Part shown: piece after piece, positions 27,916 through 37,481 of the stretch
Layout: each line of letters opens with the position of its first letter
Position numbering within the stretch: position 1 is the first letter of the stretch
Notes under the pieces: generated by a model
Databases searched by the model: none
What the model was told of the DNA's origin: nothing
What the model saw: only the letters and a program-made list of their open reading frames with translations
Assembly: GCA_963674965.2 (NCBI GenBank)
Contig: CAXXFL010000001.1
Location: 928,001-992,000, forward strand
Reading direction: 5' to 3'
From: a bacterium
Lineage (GTDB): Bacteria > RBG-13-61-14 > DATKZS01
DNA length: 64,000 bases
Position numbers and translations under genes: made by a program

Positions 27916-30900
27916 ATGACCCTTTCCGAACAAAAAGGATCCATCGCCTGGATGGCCAAGAACCCGGTGGCCGCGAACCTTTTAATGATATTCCTTATGG
28001 TGGGAGGCATTTTAACCTCCTTTACGGTCAAGCAGGAAGTCTTCCCACCCTTCGAGGTCGATACTATTTACGTCTCCGTCCCCTATTTGGGGGCCAGCCC
28101 GGAGGAGGTCGAGAACGGCTTACTGCTCGCCATGGAGGAATCCGTCCGGGACATCGAGGGAATCAAACAGATCAACTCGACGGCTCGGGAGGGCTCGGCC
28201 CTGATGTTCGTTGACCTTCTTTCCGGAACGAACGGCAATAAGGCCCTCCAGGACGTTAAAAACGCCATCGACAGGATCACCAACTGGCCAGAGGAGGCGG
28301 AAAGACCCACCATAAGCCTTATCGTCGCCCGCATGTCGGTTATAACCATCGTTATTTATGGTGACCTGGACGACAAGACCCTGCGCTCTTTGGCCGAGAA
28401 GGCAAGGGATGAGCTCTTGGACCTGCCCGATATTACCAATGTGTCCCTGTCCGGCGTCAGGCCTCTCGAGATAAGCATCGAGATACCGAAGGAAACCCTC
28501 AGAAAATACGGCCTGACCTTAAGCGGCGTGGCCAGGATGGTCAGGGCCGCCTCCGTGGACTACTCGGCCGGCGGCGTCAAGGCCAGGAGCGGAGAAATCC
28601 TGCTTCGAGTAAAAGAAAGAAAAGACTACGGAAGACAATACGCGGATATTCCGATCGTGAGCCGAGTGGACGGGACCGCGGTAAGACTGGGCGAGATAGC
28701 CAATATCAAGGACGGTTTCGAGGAAACGGACGAGTCGGCCTTTTATAACGGCAAGCCCGCCGTTATGATCGAGGTCACCAGGGAGGGCGATCAGACGCCA
28801 ATCGAGGTGGCCGAGGCGGTCTTGAATTATCTTGAAAACGACCTTGGCCCCAATTTGCCCGCCGGCGTTTCCTACGCTACTTTCGATAACCGGGCCGACC
28901 ATTACAGGGACCGGGTGGACCTGCTTTTACGAAACGCCGCCATCGGACTCGCGCTGGTCCTGGTGCTTCTGGGCATGTTCTTGAATCTCCGGCTGGCCTT
29001 CTGGGTGACCCTGGGCATTCCCCTCTCTTTCCTCGGCGCCATATTGTTCATGCCCTCCTGGGACGTGTCCATTAACATGGTTTCCCTGTTCGCCTTTATC
29101 ATGGCCCTGGGAATCGTGGTAGACGACGCCATTGTTATCGGCGAGAACATCTATACTCTACGGCGGCAAGGCATGAACCGGATCGAGGCCGCCATCGTAG
29201 GCGCAAGGGAACTGGCCGTGCCCGTAACCTTCGCCGTGTTGACGAACATTGTGGCCTTCCTTCCCCTTATGTTCGTCGAGGGCGTGATGGGCAAGATTTT
29301 CAAGGTCGTGCCCGCCGTGGTCTGCACCGTGTTCATGCTCTCCCTCGTCGAGGCCCTGTATATTTTGCCGGCCCATATGGGGCACTCGAAAAAAGCTGAA
29401 AACGGAAATAGCGAAGGCAAGGGACTCGAGGCCAGGTTTTCGCGCTTTCAAGGCAGGATAAGCCGAGGCCTTCTGGCTTTTGTCGATAAGTACTATCGCC
29501 CGTTACTAGTCAAGTCCCTTGGAAAAAGGTACGTGACCATCGCGGCCGGCATCGCGATAATCACGACGGTAATAGGATACATCGCGGGCGGCCATATTCC
29601 CCTGACCTTTATGCCCAAGGCTGAGGCCGACATGATATCGGTCGGACTCGAGCTACCCTTCGGCTCCTCAGTCGAGGAAACCAAGAAGGTGCAGGAAAGA
29701 CTGGTGGCCGCGGCCGAGCGAGTGCTCGAGCGCCATGGCGGCAAGAAAATATATGACGGTATTTTTACGCATATTGGGATTTCCCGCTTCCATGACGTGG
29801 GCACCTTTAAGGAGGGTGGACACGCCGCCAACATCCGGATTTTTCTCAAGCCCTCCGACCAAAGAAGCGTCACGGGCGAGCGGCTTTCGCAAGAGTGGCG
29901 CGAGGAGATGGGCGAGATTCCGGGAGTGGAGAAAATCTTCTTCCAGGTGGTCGAGTTGGGCCCTCCCGTTGGAAGCCCGGTGGATATCCAACTAAGCCAC
30001 AGGGACCATTACATACTCGAGGCCGCCTCGGCCGAACTGGCGGAGGGCATCGAGAAATATTCCGCCACCGCCGATATCGACGACGGTTTCGCGCCGGGAA
30101 AACCACAGCTCGATTTCAAGATAAAACCCGTGGCCTATAGCCTGGGCCTGACACCGTCCGAGATAGGCGCGCAGGTAAGGGGCGCCTTCTACGGCGCCGA
30201 GGCCATGCGCCTCCAGCGCGGGAGGGACGAGGTCAAAGTCATGGTGAGGCTGCCGGAAGCGGAAAGAAAAAAGGAGCTGTCCATCGAGAACCTGGTCATA
30301 CGTACGCCCGCCGGGACCGAGGCGCCCCTGGCCGAGGTGGCAAACGTGCAAAGAGGTAGGGCCTACACCGAGATAACCCGCCTCAATGGAAGAAGGACCC
30401 TTAACGTGACCGCCGAGGTCGTGCCGATTACCGAAAAAGGAAACGTGCTCGATTCCATAATGAAAACAGATCTAGCCCGCCTGATGGAAAAGTATCCGGG
30501 TCTGTCCTATACCCTGGGAGGAGAACAGCAGGAGACTGACGACAGCATGAAAAGCCTGATGCGCAACTTCATCATTGCCATGATCGCCATCTTCGTCATG
30601 CTGGGCGTCGAGTTCAGGAGCTATATACAACCGGTAATCATTATGGTGTCCATACCATTCGGCATCGTGGGGGCCGTCGTCGGACATATCATCATGGGGT
30701 TCAACCTCACCATGGTAAGCATGCTGGGCATGACCGCCCTGGCCGGGGTCGTGCTCAACGACTCGCTCGTGCTGATCGACTACGCCAATACCCTGCGCAG
30801 AAGCGGGATGGGAACCATGGACTCCATTGTCGAGGCGGCCGTGAGACGGTTCAGACCCATACTACTTACGACCCTTACCACCTTCTTCGGGCTCATGCCC

Positions 30901-31131
30901 ATGATCCTGGAAAAATCCTTCCAGGCGAGAATCCTCGTGCCCATGGCCATATCCATGGGCTTCGGGATACTTTTTTCCACGGCTATTATTCTTCTTCTCG
31001 TTCCGAGTCTTTACATTTCCCTTGAGGATGTAAAGAATTTGTTCGGGATAAAGAATATCGAGGAGGCCATCAAGGAAGTCAAGGAGGAAAAGGGCGAGTC
31101 GCCAAACCCTGGTCCGAGCAAGAGAAAATAA
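27916..31131 (+). CDS. RND efflux permease (AcrB/AcrD/AcrF family)
   Basis: NPVAANLLM, LGIVVDDAIVIGENI, RFRPILLTTLTT; about 1070 aa. Confidence 0.95.
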   Translation: MTLSEQKGSIAWMAKNPVAANLLMIFLMVGGILTSFTVKQEVFPPFEVDTIYVSVPYLGASPEEVENGLLLAMEESVRDIEGIKQINSTAREGSALMFVDLLSGTNGNKALQDVKNAIDRITNWPEEAERPTISLIVARMSVITIVIYGDLDDKTLRSLAEKARDELLDLPDITNVSLSGVRPLEISIEIPKETLRKYGLTLSGVARMVRAASVDYSAGGVKARSGEILLRVKERKDYGRQYADIPIVSRVDGTAVRLGEIANIKDGFEETDESAFYNGKPAVMIEVTREGDQTPIEVAEAVLNYLENDLGPNLPAGVSYATFDNRADHYRDRVDLLLRNAAIGLALVLVLLGMFLNLRLAFWVTLGIPLSFLGAILFMPSWDVSINMVSLFAFIMALGIVVDDAIVIGENIYTLRRQGMNRIEAAIVGARELAVPVTFAVLTNIVAFLPLMFVEGVMGKIFKVVPAVVCTVFMLSLVEALYILPAHMGHSKKAENGNSEGKGLEARFSRFQGRISRGLLAFVDKYYRPLLVKSLGKRYVTIAAGIAIITTVIGYIAGGHIPLTFMPKAEADMISVGLELPFGSSVEETKKVQERLVAAAERVLERHGGKKIYDGIFTHIGISRFHDVGTFKEGGHAANIRIFLKPSDQRSVTGERLSQEWREEMGEIPGVEKIFFQVVELGPPVGSPVDIQLSHRDHYILEAASAELAEGIEKYSATADIDDGFAPGKPQLDFKIKPVAYSLGLTPSEIGAQVRGAFYGAEAMRLQRGRDEVKVMVRLPEAERKKELSIENLVIRTPAGTEAPLAEVANVQRGRAYTEITRLNGRRTLNVTAEVVPITEKGNVLDSIMKTDLARLMEKYPGLSYTLGGEQQETDDSMKSLMRNFIIAMIAIFVMLGVEFRSYIQPVIIMVSIPFGIVGAVVGHIIMGFNLTMVSMLGMTALAGVVLNDSLVLIDYANTLRRSGMGTMDSIVEAAVRRFRPILLTTLTTFFGLMPMILEKSFQARILVPMAISMGFGILFSTAIILLLVPSLYISLEDVKNLFGIKNIEEAIKEVKEEKGESPNPGPSKRK

Positions 31132-31282
31132 ACGGCTAAAAGTTTACCGTTAGTAAAATCATGCCCCAAAGAAGGCATCCGGTAAAAAACTGGGCGTCGA
31201 TAATAACATCAATAATATCAAAGGCTTGATTTGCAAAACGCCCGTTATGTCGATAGATTTTCTTTTTTTTCCCCGTCCTGGT

Positions 31283-31311
31283 TTGACAGCTTAATTATGC
31301 CCGACTAAAAT
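31283..31311 (+). promoter_or_regulatory. sigma70 promoter of TetR (near-leaderless mRNA)
   Basis: TTGACA-17 nt-TAAAAT, ATG 9 nt downstream, no SD. Confidence 0.7.
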
Positions 31312-31320
31312 ACTTTTTTT

Positions 31321-32052
31321 ATGAACGATAAAAAAGACGCCTTTGTTCCGGGCGAAACCGGGGCTGGCCGTTCCCGAGGCAAAAACGAGTTTAAAAAGAG
31401 CGAAATAACCAGGGAACGGATTCTTATGGCCGCTCGCAAGGTTTTCGCCGAGCATCCCTATAAGGCGGCCAGCATCAGGATGATCGGAAAAGCGGGAGGC
31501 TTCGATCACCCTCTTATCCATTATTATTTCCCCACCAAGGCCGAGCTTTTCGAGGCGGTTGTCGCCGCCATATGCGAGGATTTTTACGAGGCTAACAAGT
31601 CCTGGTTCGAGGGTCTGGGCACGATGAAGCCAAGAGACGGGCTTTCTCTTTTTATCGACAGGTTCCTGGAATATAACTTTAAAAATCCCGAGCCCCTTAA
31701 AACGATAGTGCTGAATCTTGGCCAGGTTAACAGGCTGGACGAGATTCCCGGCTACCAACTTATACCGGGGCTTTTGTCGCGGATCATGGAAACCTTCCAG
31801 GAAAAGGTCAACCTCAAGGCCTCGCCCGAGCAGATAAGCATGTTCATCCACAGTTTCAATAACCTGGGCATCAATTACCTGGGCGCCAATACCTGCCACG
31901 CCGAGGTCCTGGGCATGGACCCCAGAAGCGAGGAATACAGGGAATGGGTCAAGGACACCCTGATGTTTATCTTCCTTCCCCTCCTGGTGAGAATGATCTT
32001 TCCCGAACGTTTCGAGCGGCCCGGCCGGGAAAGCCCAAGAATATCAAATTGA
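31321..32052 (+). CDS. TetR/AcrR family regulator
   Basis: TRERILMAARKVFAEHPYKAASIRMIG...DHPLIHYYFPTKAELF. Confidence 0.88.
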   Translation: MNDKKDAFVPGETGAGRSRGKNEFKKSEITRERILMAARKVFAEHPYKAASIRMIGKAGGFDHPLIHYYFPTKAELFEAVVAAICEDFYEANKSWFEGLGTMKPRDGLSLFIDRFLEYNFKNPEPLKTIVLNLGQVNRLDEIPGYQLIPGLLSRIMETFQEKVNLKASPEQISMFIHSFNNLGINYLGANTCHAEVLGMDPRSEEYREWVKDTLMFIFLPLLVRMIFPERFERPGRESPRISN

Positions 32053-32127
32053 CGCCATGATACGATCGCCTCGTTCTCGCGCGCAAAGCCTATTCCGATT
32101 ATTCCGCCTGATGGATAATGCATCATC

Positions 32128-32315
32128 AGAGCCTCTTGCAAAAGTCCCGCTTTGGAGTGCGGCGGCTCGACGCCGCTTTTCTTCCGAGCGGCTTGACGCG
32201 AGGCTAGCCGTTTTCTTTTTAGGCCTTGTCAAGCCAAGGCCATCGAAAGCGGTCTCAAGCGAGAGCACTCTAAAGCGGCTATGCCGCCAAGAAAAGGACT
32301 TTTACATGAAGCTCC
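32128..32315. mobile_element. 188-bp MITE-like element, copy 2 (degenerate right TIR)
   Basis: Same orientation and length as 24050-24237; right end reads TTTTACATGAAGCTCC. Confidence 0.78.
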
Positions 32316-32386
32316 GCGGTTAAAATATTTTGTTTTAAACCTATCATGCGCTTGTTTGCAGAGTAGATTACAGAAGGGAGAAGGAT

Positions 32387-34501
32387 ATGGACAGGAGAGG
32401 TTTTATTAGGACCGGCGCGGCGGCGGCGGCCGTCTTGGCCGTTCCCGAGTGGGTGGCCGCTGCCATATCGGGACTCACCGAGTCGGAGATCGAAAGAAAG
32501 GTCGTCCAGATAGTCGCGCAAATGACGCTGGATGAAAAGATTAAACAGATGGCCGGCCACGTGCCTTTAACCAACCTGGCCCAAAGAGTGCTTAATCCCA
32601 AGTATCCCGACACCTGGAACACCCCGGAAAACGACCGGCTGGGCGTGCCGTCCATTAGAAGCATCGACGGGCCAAGAGGATGCGGGACCGGCAAGTCCAC
32701 CGCCTTTCCCGCCGGCATGTGCCGAGGCGCCACCTGGGACGAAAAACTCGAGCAAAGGGTGGGAGAAGCCGCCGGGTACGAGTGCCGGGCCCAGACGGCC
32801 AACCTGCTCCTTTCCCCCTGCGTCAACGTCCTGTGGCATCCCTCCTGGGGAAGGGCCCAGGAGACCTACGGCGAGGACCCCCACCACCTCGGCATAATGG
32901 GCGCCGCCCACGTGACGGGAGCGCAAAAACACGTGATGGCCTGCCCCAAGCACTTCGCGGCCAACAACATCGAGGAATCGCGCTTCTCCGTGAACGCGGT
33001 AATGGACGAGCGAACGCTTCGCGAGATATATCTTCCTCATTTCAGGAAGTGCGTCGAGGCCGGAGCGGCTTCGGTCATGAGCGCCTATAACGATTTGAAC
33101 GGAGAGCTTTGCGGCCACAATGAGCATCTTTTACGGGACGTCCTAAAGGGCGACTGGGAGTTCGAGGGCTTCGTGGTAAGCGACTGGATCATGGCCGTGG
33201 AGGATGAGGTCGAGGCGGCCCTGGCCGGACTGGACCTCGAGATGCCCAGGGGAACTCATTTCGGAAGGAAACTCAAAAAGGCCGTCCTAAACGGAGAGGT
33301 ACCCGAGCAAGTCATCGACGAGGCGGTCAGCCGTATTCTCCGGATGAAGTTTCGGTTTATCAAGCCCGACTTCACCGAGGGCTACGACATGGGGATGGTG
33401 GGAGGCGAAAAGCACGCGGCCCTTGCCCGGGAGACCGCCGAAAAGGGCATAGTGCTTCTGAAAAACGACAATAAAGCTTTGCCTCTTCTGGGTGACGTAA
33501 AGACCCTGGCCGTCGGCGGCGGCCACGCCGCGAGGGTTGTCATGGGCGACAAGGGCAGCAGCGCCGTGAATCCGCCTTACGCGGTTTCCCCTCTCGAGGG
33601 TATCGAGTCCAAAGCCGGCGGCCGGGTGAAAATAATCAAGGCCGGCTCTTCTCCTTCCTCGGCGGCCTCGGCGGCCGGCAAAGCCGACGCCGCGGTGCTG
33701 TTCGTGGGCCTGGACTGGAAAGACGAGGGTGAGCATTTTCCCATAGTCGAGGTGGGGGGCGACCGGAAAGACCTCGGTCTTTCCAAGAAGGACGTGAAGC
33801 TTATAAAGTCCGTCGCGGCCTCGAGCGAGCGCTGCATAGTGGTGGTATACGGCGGCTCGGCCATTACCATGGAGGATTGGAAGGACGACGTTGACGCCAT
33901 CGTCATGGCCTGGTATCCGGGCATGGAGGGCGGCTCGGCCCTGGCCAACGTTCTCTTCGGGGACGTAAACCCCTCGGGCAAGCTGCCCATCGTGTTTCCC
34001 AAGTCCATGGACCAGCTTTATAAATTCGACAATAAGGCCAAAGAGGTTCATTACGACTATTATCACGGCTATCGGTACTTCGATAAAAATGGTCTCGAGC
34101 CCGCCTGGCCCTTCGGGTTCGGGAAGTCCTATACGACATACGAGTACTCGAACCTCAGGCTCTCCGAGGACGAGATCGGCTCGAGCGGCTCTATCAAGGC
34201 CAAGGTGGACGTGAAGAACGCGGGCGATATGGCCGGCGAGGAGATAGTCGAGCTTTACGTGGGATATCAAGGCTCCGAGGTCCATCGCCCGGTAAAAGAC
34301 CTGAAGGCCTTTGCCCGGGTTCGCCTCGAGCCGGGCCGCAAAGAGACGGTCGCGCTCGAGATACGGGCCCAGGACCTGGCCTATTACAGCGAGGAAGTAA
34401 ACGACTGGGTGGTCGAGGAAATCGAGTACGAAGTCATGGTCGGCCCGTCCTCAAAAGAAGAGGACCTTATTAAGGCCGGCTTTAAAATATTCGGGCCGTG
34501 A
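32387..34501 (+). CDS. Tat-exported GH3 beta-glucosidase with Fn3-like domain
   Basis: MDRRGFI Tat signal, DGPRG, GRAQETYGEDP, KHF, SDW nucleophile, NPSGKLP, PFGFGKSYT. Confidence 0.93.
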   Translation: MDRRGFIRTGAAAAAVLAVPEWVAAAISGLTESEIERKVVQIVAQMTLDEKIKQMAGHVPLTNLAQRVLNPKYPDTWNTPENDRLGVPSIRSIDGPRGCGTGKSTAFPAGMCRGATWDEKLEQRVGEAAGYECRAQTANLLLSPCVNVLWHPSWGRAQETYGEDPHHLGIMGAAHVTGAQKHVMACPKHFAANNIEESRFSVNAVMDERTLREIYLPHFRKCVEAGAASVMSAYNDLNGELCGHNEHLLRDVLKGDWEFEGFVVSDWIMAVEDEVEAALAGLDLEMPRGTHFGRKLKKAVLNGEVPEQVIDEAVSRILRMKFRFIKPDFTEGYDMGMVGGEKHAALARETAEKGIVLLKNDNKALPLLGDVKTLAVGGGHAARVVMGDKGSSAVNPPYAVSPLEGIESKAGGRVKIIKAGSSPSSAASAAGKADAAVLFVGLDWKDEGEHFPIVEVGGDRKDLGLSKKDVKLIKSVAASSERCIVVVYGGSAITMEDWKDDVDAIVMAWYPGMEGGSALANVLFGDVNPSGKLPIVFPKSMDQLYKFDNKAKEVHYDYYHGYRYFDKNGLEPAWPFGFGKSYTTYEYSNLRLSEDEIGSSGSIKAKVDVKNAGDMAGEEIVELYVGYQGSEVHRPVKDLKAFARVRLEPGRKETVALEIRAQDLAYYSEEVNDWVVEEIEYEVMVGPSSKEEDLIKAGFKIFGP

Positions 34502-34598
34502 CGCCGACCTTATTCGGCCGTCGTCTTCACGGCTCGTCCGGATTTAATATCAGAGCAAACGACATAATAAGACGCCCGACGTCCGCGGGGAGAAAAAA

Positions 34599-36389
34599 AT
34601 GAAATACATCTTTAACGAGAAAAAAGCCGCGGCGTTCTTTTTATCCTGTTTCGCCGTCCTTTCCTTTGTGCTGCTTTTCGCGACCTGCGTTCGCGACAAA
34701 GCTCCCGAGGTTACGACCAGGGCCGAGTCGGTCCCACCCACCGAGTACCTCGAGGCTCACTGCGATGAAGTAGTCGGACCGCCCCGCGTCGAGAGGATAT
34801 CCGAGCACGTCTACGCCGCCATCGGCTACGACCTTGCCAACGTGGTGCTCATCCAAACCGACGACGGAAACGTCATCGTCGACGCGGCCATGAGCCCGGC
34901 CCGGGCCCGGCTGATTAAAAAAGCCCTCTACGCCGAGGTCCCCCAGGCCCCGGTCCGGGCCCTAATCTTTACCCACAGTCATATCGACCACGTGGGCGGG
35001 GCTTCCGAGTTCGTCGAGGAGGGAACCCAGATATGGGCCACGGCGCCCTTTACCGAGCACTTCCTCAAACAGTACGGCACTTTCGGCAAGGCCGAGACCA
35101 CGCGGGCCATGAGACAGTTCGGCCATCATATCGATAGTCAGTCCCTGCCCTGCAGCGCCCTCGGGGCCAGGATGGACATTGACGCGGCCCTCGAGGCCGG
35201 CGTCCGTCTTCCGACCAACGTCTTCTCCGGCGAAAAGGACCTCGAAATAGGAGGTCTGCGTATCGAGCTTCACGAGGGACACGGCGAGACCCACGACCAG
35301 TTGTTCGTGTGGATTCCCGAGGACCAGACGGTCATACCCGGCGATAACTTCTATTGGGCTTTCCCCAATTTGTACACGGTCCGGGGCTCGAGCCCGCGTC
35401 CGGTCAACGAATGGATCAAGGCGCTTGACAATATGCGCTCGAAGGACCCCGCCCATTTGATCGGCATGCATACCCGGCCCATCCACGGCAAGGAGGAGAT
35501 AGCCGAGGCGCTTCGCGATTACAGGGACGCCATCCAATGGGTGCGGGACGAGGTTATCAGAGCGGCCAACCGCGGCGAGGACATGAATTACATGCGTCAC
35601 CAGATCAAGCTTCCTCCCCACCTGGCCGATAAGCGATATCTGCACGAGCTTTACGGACAGGTCGACTGGTCGGCCGAGGCGATTTACACCAACAACCTGG
35701 GCTGGTTCGACGGCCGGGCCGACAAGCTGTACCAACTGGACGGCCGGGAAACGGCCCGCCGCGAGGTCGAGCTGATGGGCGGCGCGAGCGAGGTTTACGA
35801 CGTGGGCGCCAAGGCCCTGGCCGATGGAGACGCCAAGTGGGCCATCCATCTGTTTTCCAAGCTTATGGACTCGCGGCTGGCGGGAGAAGCGCTCGAGGAG
35901 AAAATCAAAGCCGATTTAAGCGAGGCCTACGAGCGGTTGGCCTCGGGCATCGACAACACCAATGGCAGGGCATACCTCCTCGAGTCGGCCCTCGAGCTTA
36001 GGCGGGGAAAGCTCGATCCCCAGTCGCCCCAGGCCAATGAGGCCATTATCGGGGCCATTCCCCTCGAGATGATCTTCGATATCATGCCCACCCGCCTGCG
36101 GGCCGAGGATGCCATGGACGTCCATGAAAGCGTCAGGTTTATCTTTCCCGACGAGGGCCGCCAGTTTACCGTGACCGTGCGGCGCGGCGTGGCCGAGGTT
36201 ATCGAGGGCGAGCCTTTGCCGGGAACGCCCGAGCCGGTCGCGGTCGTCACGGCCGACTCGAGAGCTTACCGCGAGGTGGCGCTGGGCAAGGTCAACTCGG
36301 CCTCCGTCTTTTTAAAGGGAGACATGAAGGTGAAGGGAAGCATCCCCAAGCTCCTTAAATTCCTGGACCTGTTCGAGACGGGCGCGTAG
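34599..36389 (+). CDS. Alkyl/aryl sulfatase (SdsA1/BDS1-like MBL, dimerisation and SCP2-like domains)
   Basis: THSHIDHVGG, HGETHDQ, FPNLYTVRG, GWFDG, SCP2-like C-terminus. Confidence 0.88.
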   Translation: MKYIFNEKKAAAFFLSCFAVLSFVLLFATCVRDKAPEVTTRAESVPPTEYLEAHCDEVVGPPRVERISEHVYAAIGYDLANVVLIQTDDGNVIVDAAMSPARARLIKKALYAEVPQAPVRALIFTHSHIDHVGGASEFVEEGTQIWATAPFTEHFLKQYGTFGKAETTRAMRQFGHHIDSQSLPCSALGARMDIDAALEAGVRLPTNVFSGEKDLEIGGLRIELHEGHGETHDQLFVWIPEDQTVIPGDNFYWAFPNLYTVRGSSPRPVNEWIKALDNMRSKDPAHLIGMHTRPIHGKEEIAEALRDYRDAIQWVRDEVIRAANRGEDMNYMRHQIKLPPHLADKRYLHELYGQVDWSAEAIYTNNLGWFDGRADKLYQLDGRETARREVELMGGASEVYDVGAKALADGDAKWAIHLFSKLMDSRLAGEALEEKIKADLSEAYERLASGIDNTNGRAYLLESALELRRGKLDPQSPQANEAIIGAIPLEMIFDIMPTRLRAEDAMDVHESVRFIFPDEGRQFTVTVRRGVAEVIEGEPLPGTPEPVAVVTADSRAYREVALGKVNSASVFLKGDMKVKGSIPKLLKFLDLFETGA

Positions 36390-36432
36390 GCTCCTTTTGC
36401 GAAAATCATGTTCCGACAAAAGGGAGAAGAAA

Positions 36433-37461
36433 ATGAAAGACCGGGATAAAATAGGCCTTGACGGGTGGTTCGAACTCGACAGAAGGACTTGCGTGAAAGC
36501 CGCGGCGGCCGGCGCGGGGGCGGCGGTCCTTTTCGCGAGGACAGGCCGCGCCAAGGCGGGCCCTTCCAGGCTGGGGGCCGTCGGCTCCGCCCGGGAGCTG
36601 GACCCGAACGGCGGTCTCCTGGTGGTCCTGCTCGGGACCGGTACCCCCATTCCCAATCCCGAGCGCGCCTGCGCCTCCACCCTGGTCGTGGCGGGCGACA
36701 AGGCTTTCCTGGTGGACGCCGGCCGGGGGTCTCTTACCAACTTCGCCGCCGCCGGCTTTCAGGACCACTTCATGACCCTCTTCACCCATTACCACTCCGA
36801 TCATTTCAGCGAGTTCGGTGAGTATATGGTGACGCGAACGATTTACGGCGCCGACTCGGTCATGCCCGTGATCGGGCCGGAGGGGGCCGGGCGCGTGATC
36901 GGCGGCCTGCTCAAGGCATACGAGCTTGACGACGGCTACCGCAAGGCCCACCACGGCGACAAGTGGAGCGACAAGGGCATGAAGGCGGATATCCAGGAAC
37001 GTGGCCCGGGCGTCGTTTACGACGACGGCGTCAAGGTGACCATGTTCGAGGTGGACCATACTCCAGTGGACCCGGCCGCGGGCTACAGGTTCGACTATAA
37101 TGGAAAGTCCGCGGTGGTGTCGGGCGACACCAGGTACGTTCCTCAAATGGCCGAGATGGCAAAGGGCGCCGATATCCTGGTCCATGAGGCCATCAATACG
37201 AAGATGATCGGGATGGGACAGAAAGCCGGCATGGCCGGCGACGAGCGCATGCTCGAGATGAGCCGCGAGATGACCGAGTACCACACGCCCACCGAGGAGG
37301 TCGCCGCCATCGCCAGGGACGCGGGAGTGGGCAAGCTGGTATTGACTCACATGGTCCCGGGACCGCCCCGGCCCATGGAGAAGCTCTTCACCGCCGGCAT
37401 GGGCAAAATCTACAAGGGCCCCATAATCGTGGGACGGGACGGGATGGAGATCAAAGCGTAA
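36433..37461 (+). CDS. RNase Z/AtsA-like MBL hydrolase, probable Tat export
   Basis: RRTCVK Tat-like signal, LLGTGTP, DAGRG, THYHSDH, SGDT, LVHEA, LVLTH. Confidence 0.85.
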   Translation: MKDRDKIGLDGWFELDRRTCVKAAAAGAGAAVLFARTGRAKAGPSRLGAVGSARELDPNGGLLVVLLGTGTPIPNPERACASTLVVAGDKAFLVDAGRGSLTNFAAAGFQDHFMTLFTHYHSDHFSEFGEYMVTRTIYGADSVMPVIGPEGAGRVIGGLLKAYELDDGYRKAHHGDKWSDKGMKADIQERGPGVVYDDGVKVTMFEVDHTPVDPAAGYRFDYNGKSAVVSGDTRYVPQMAEMAKGADILVHEAINTKMIGMGQKAGMAGDERMLEMSREMTEYHTPTEEVAAIARDAGVGKLVLTHMVPGPPRPMEKLFTAGMGKIYKGPIIVGRDGMEIKA

Positions 37462-37481
37462 GCTTCGTTAGTTCCGACCAC

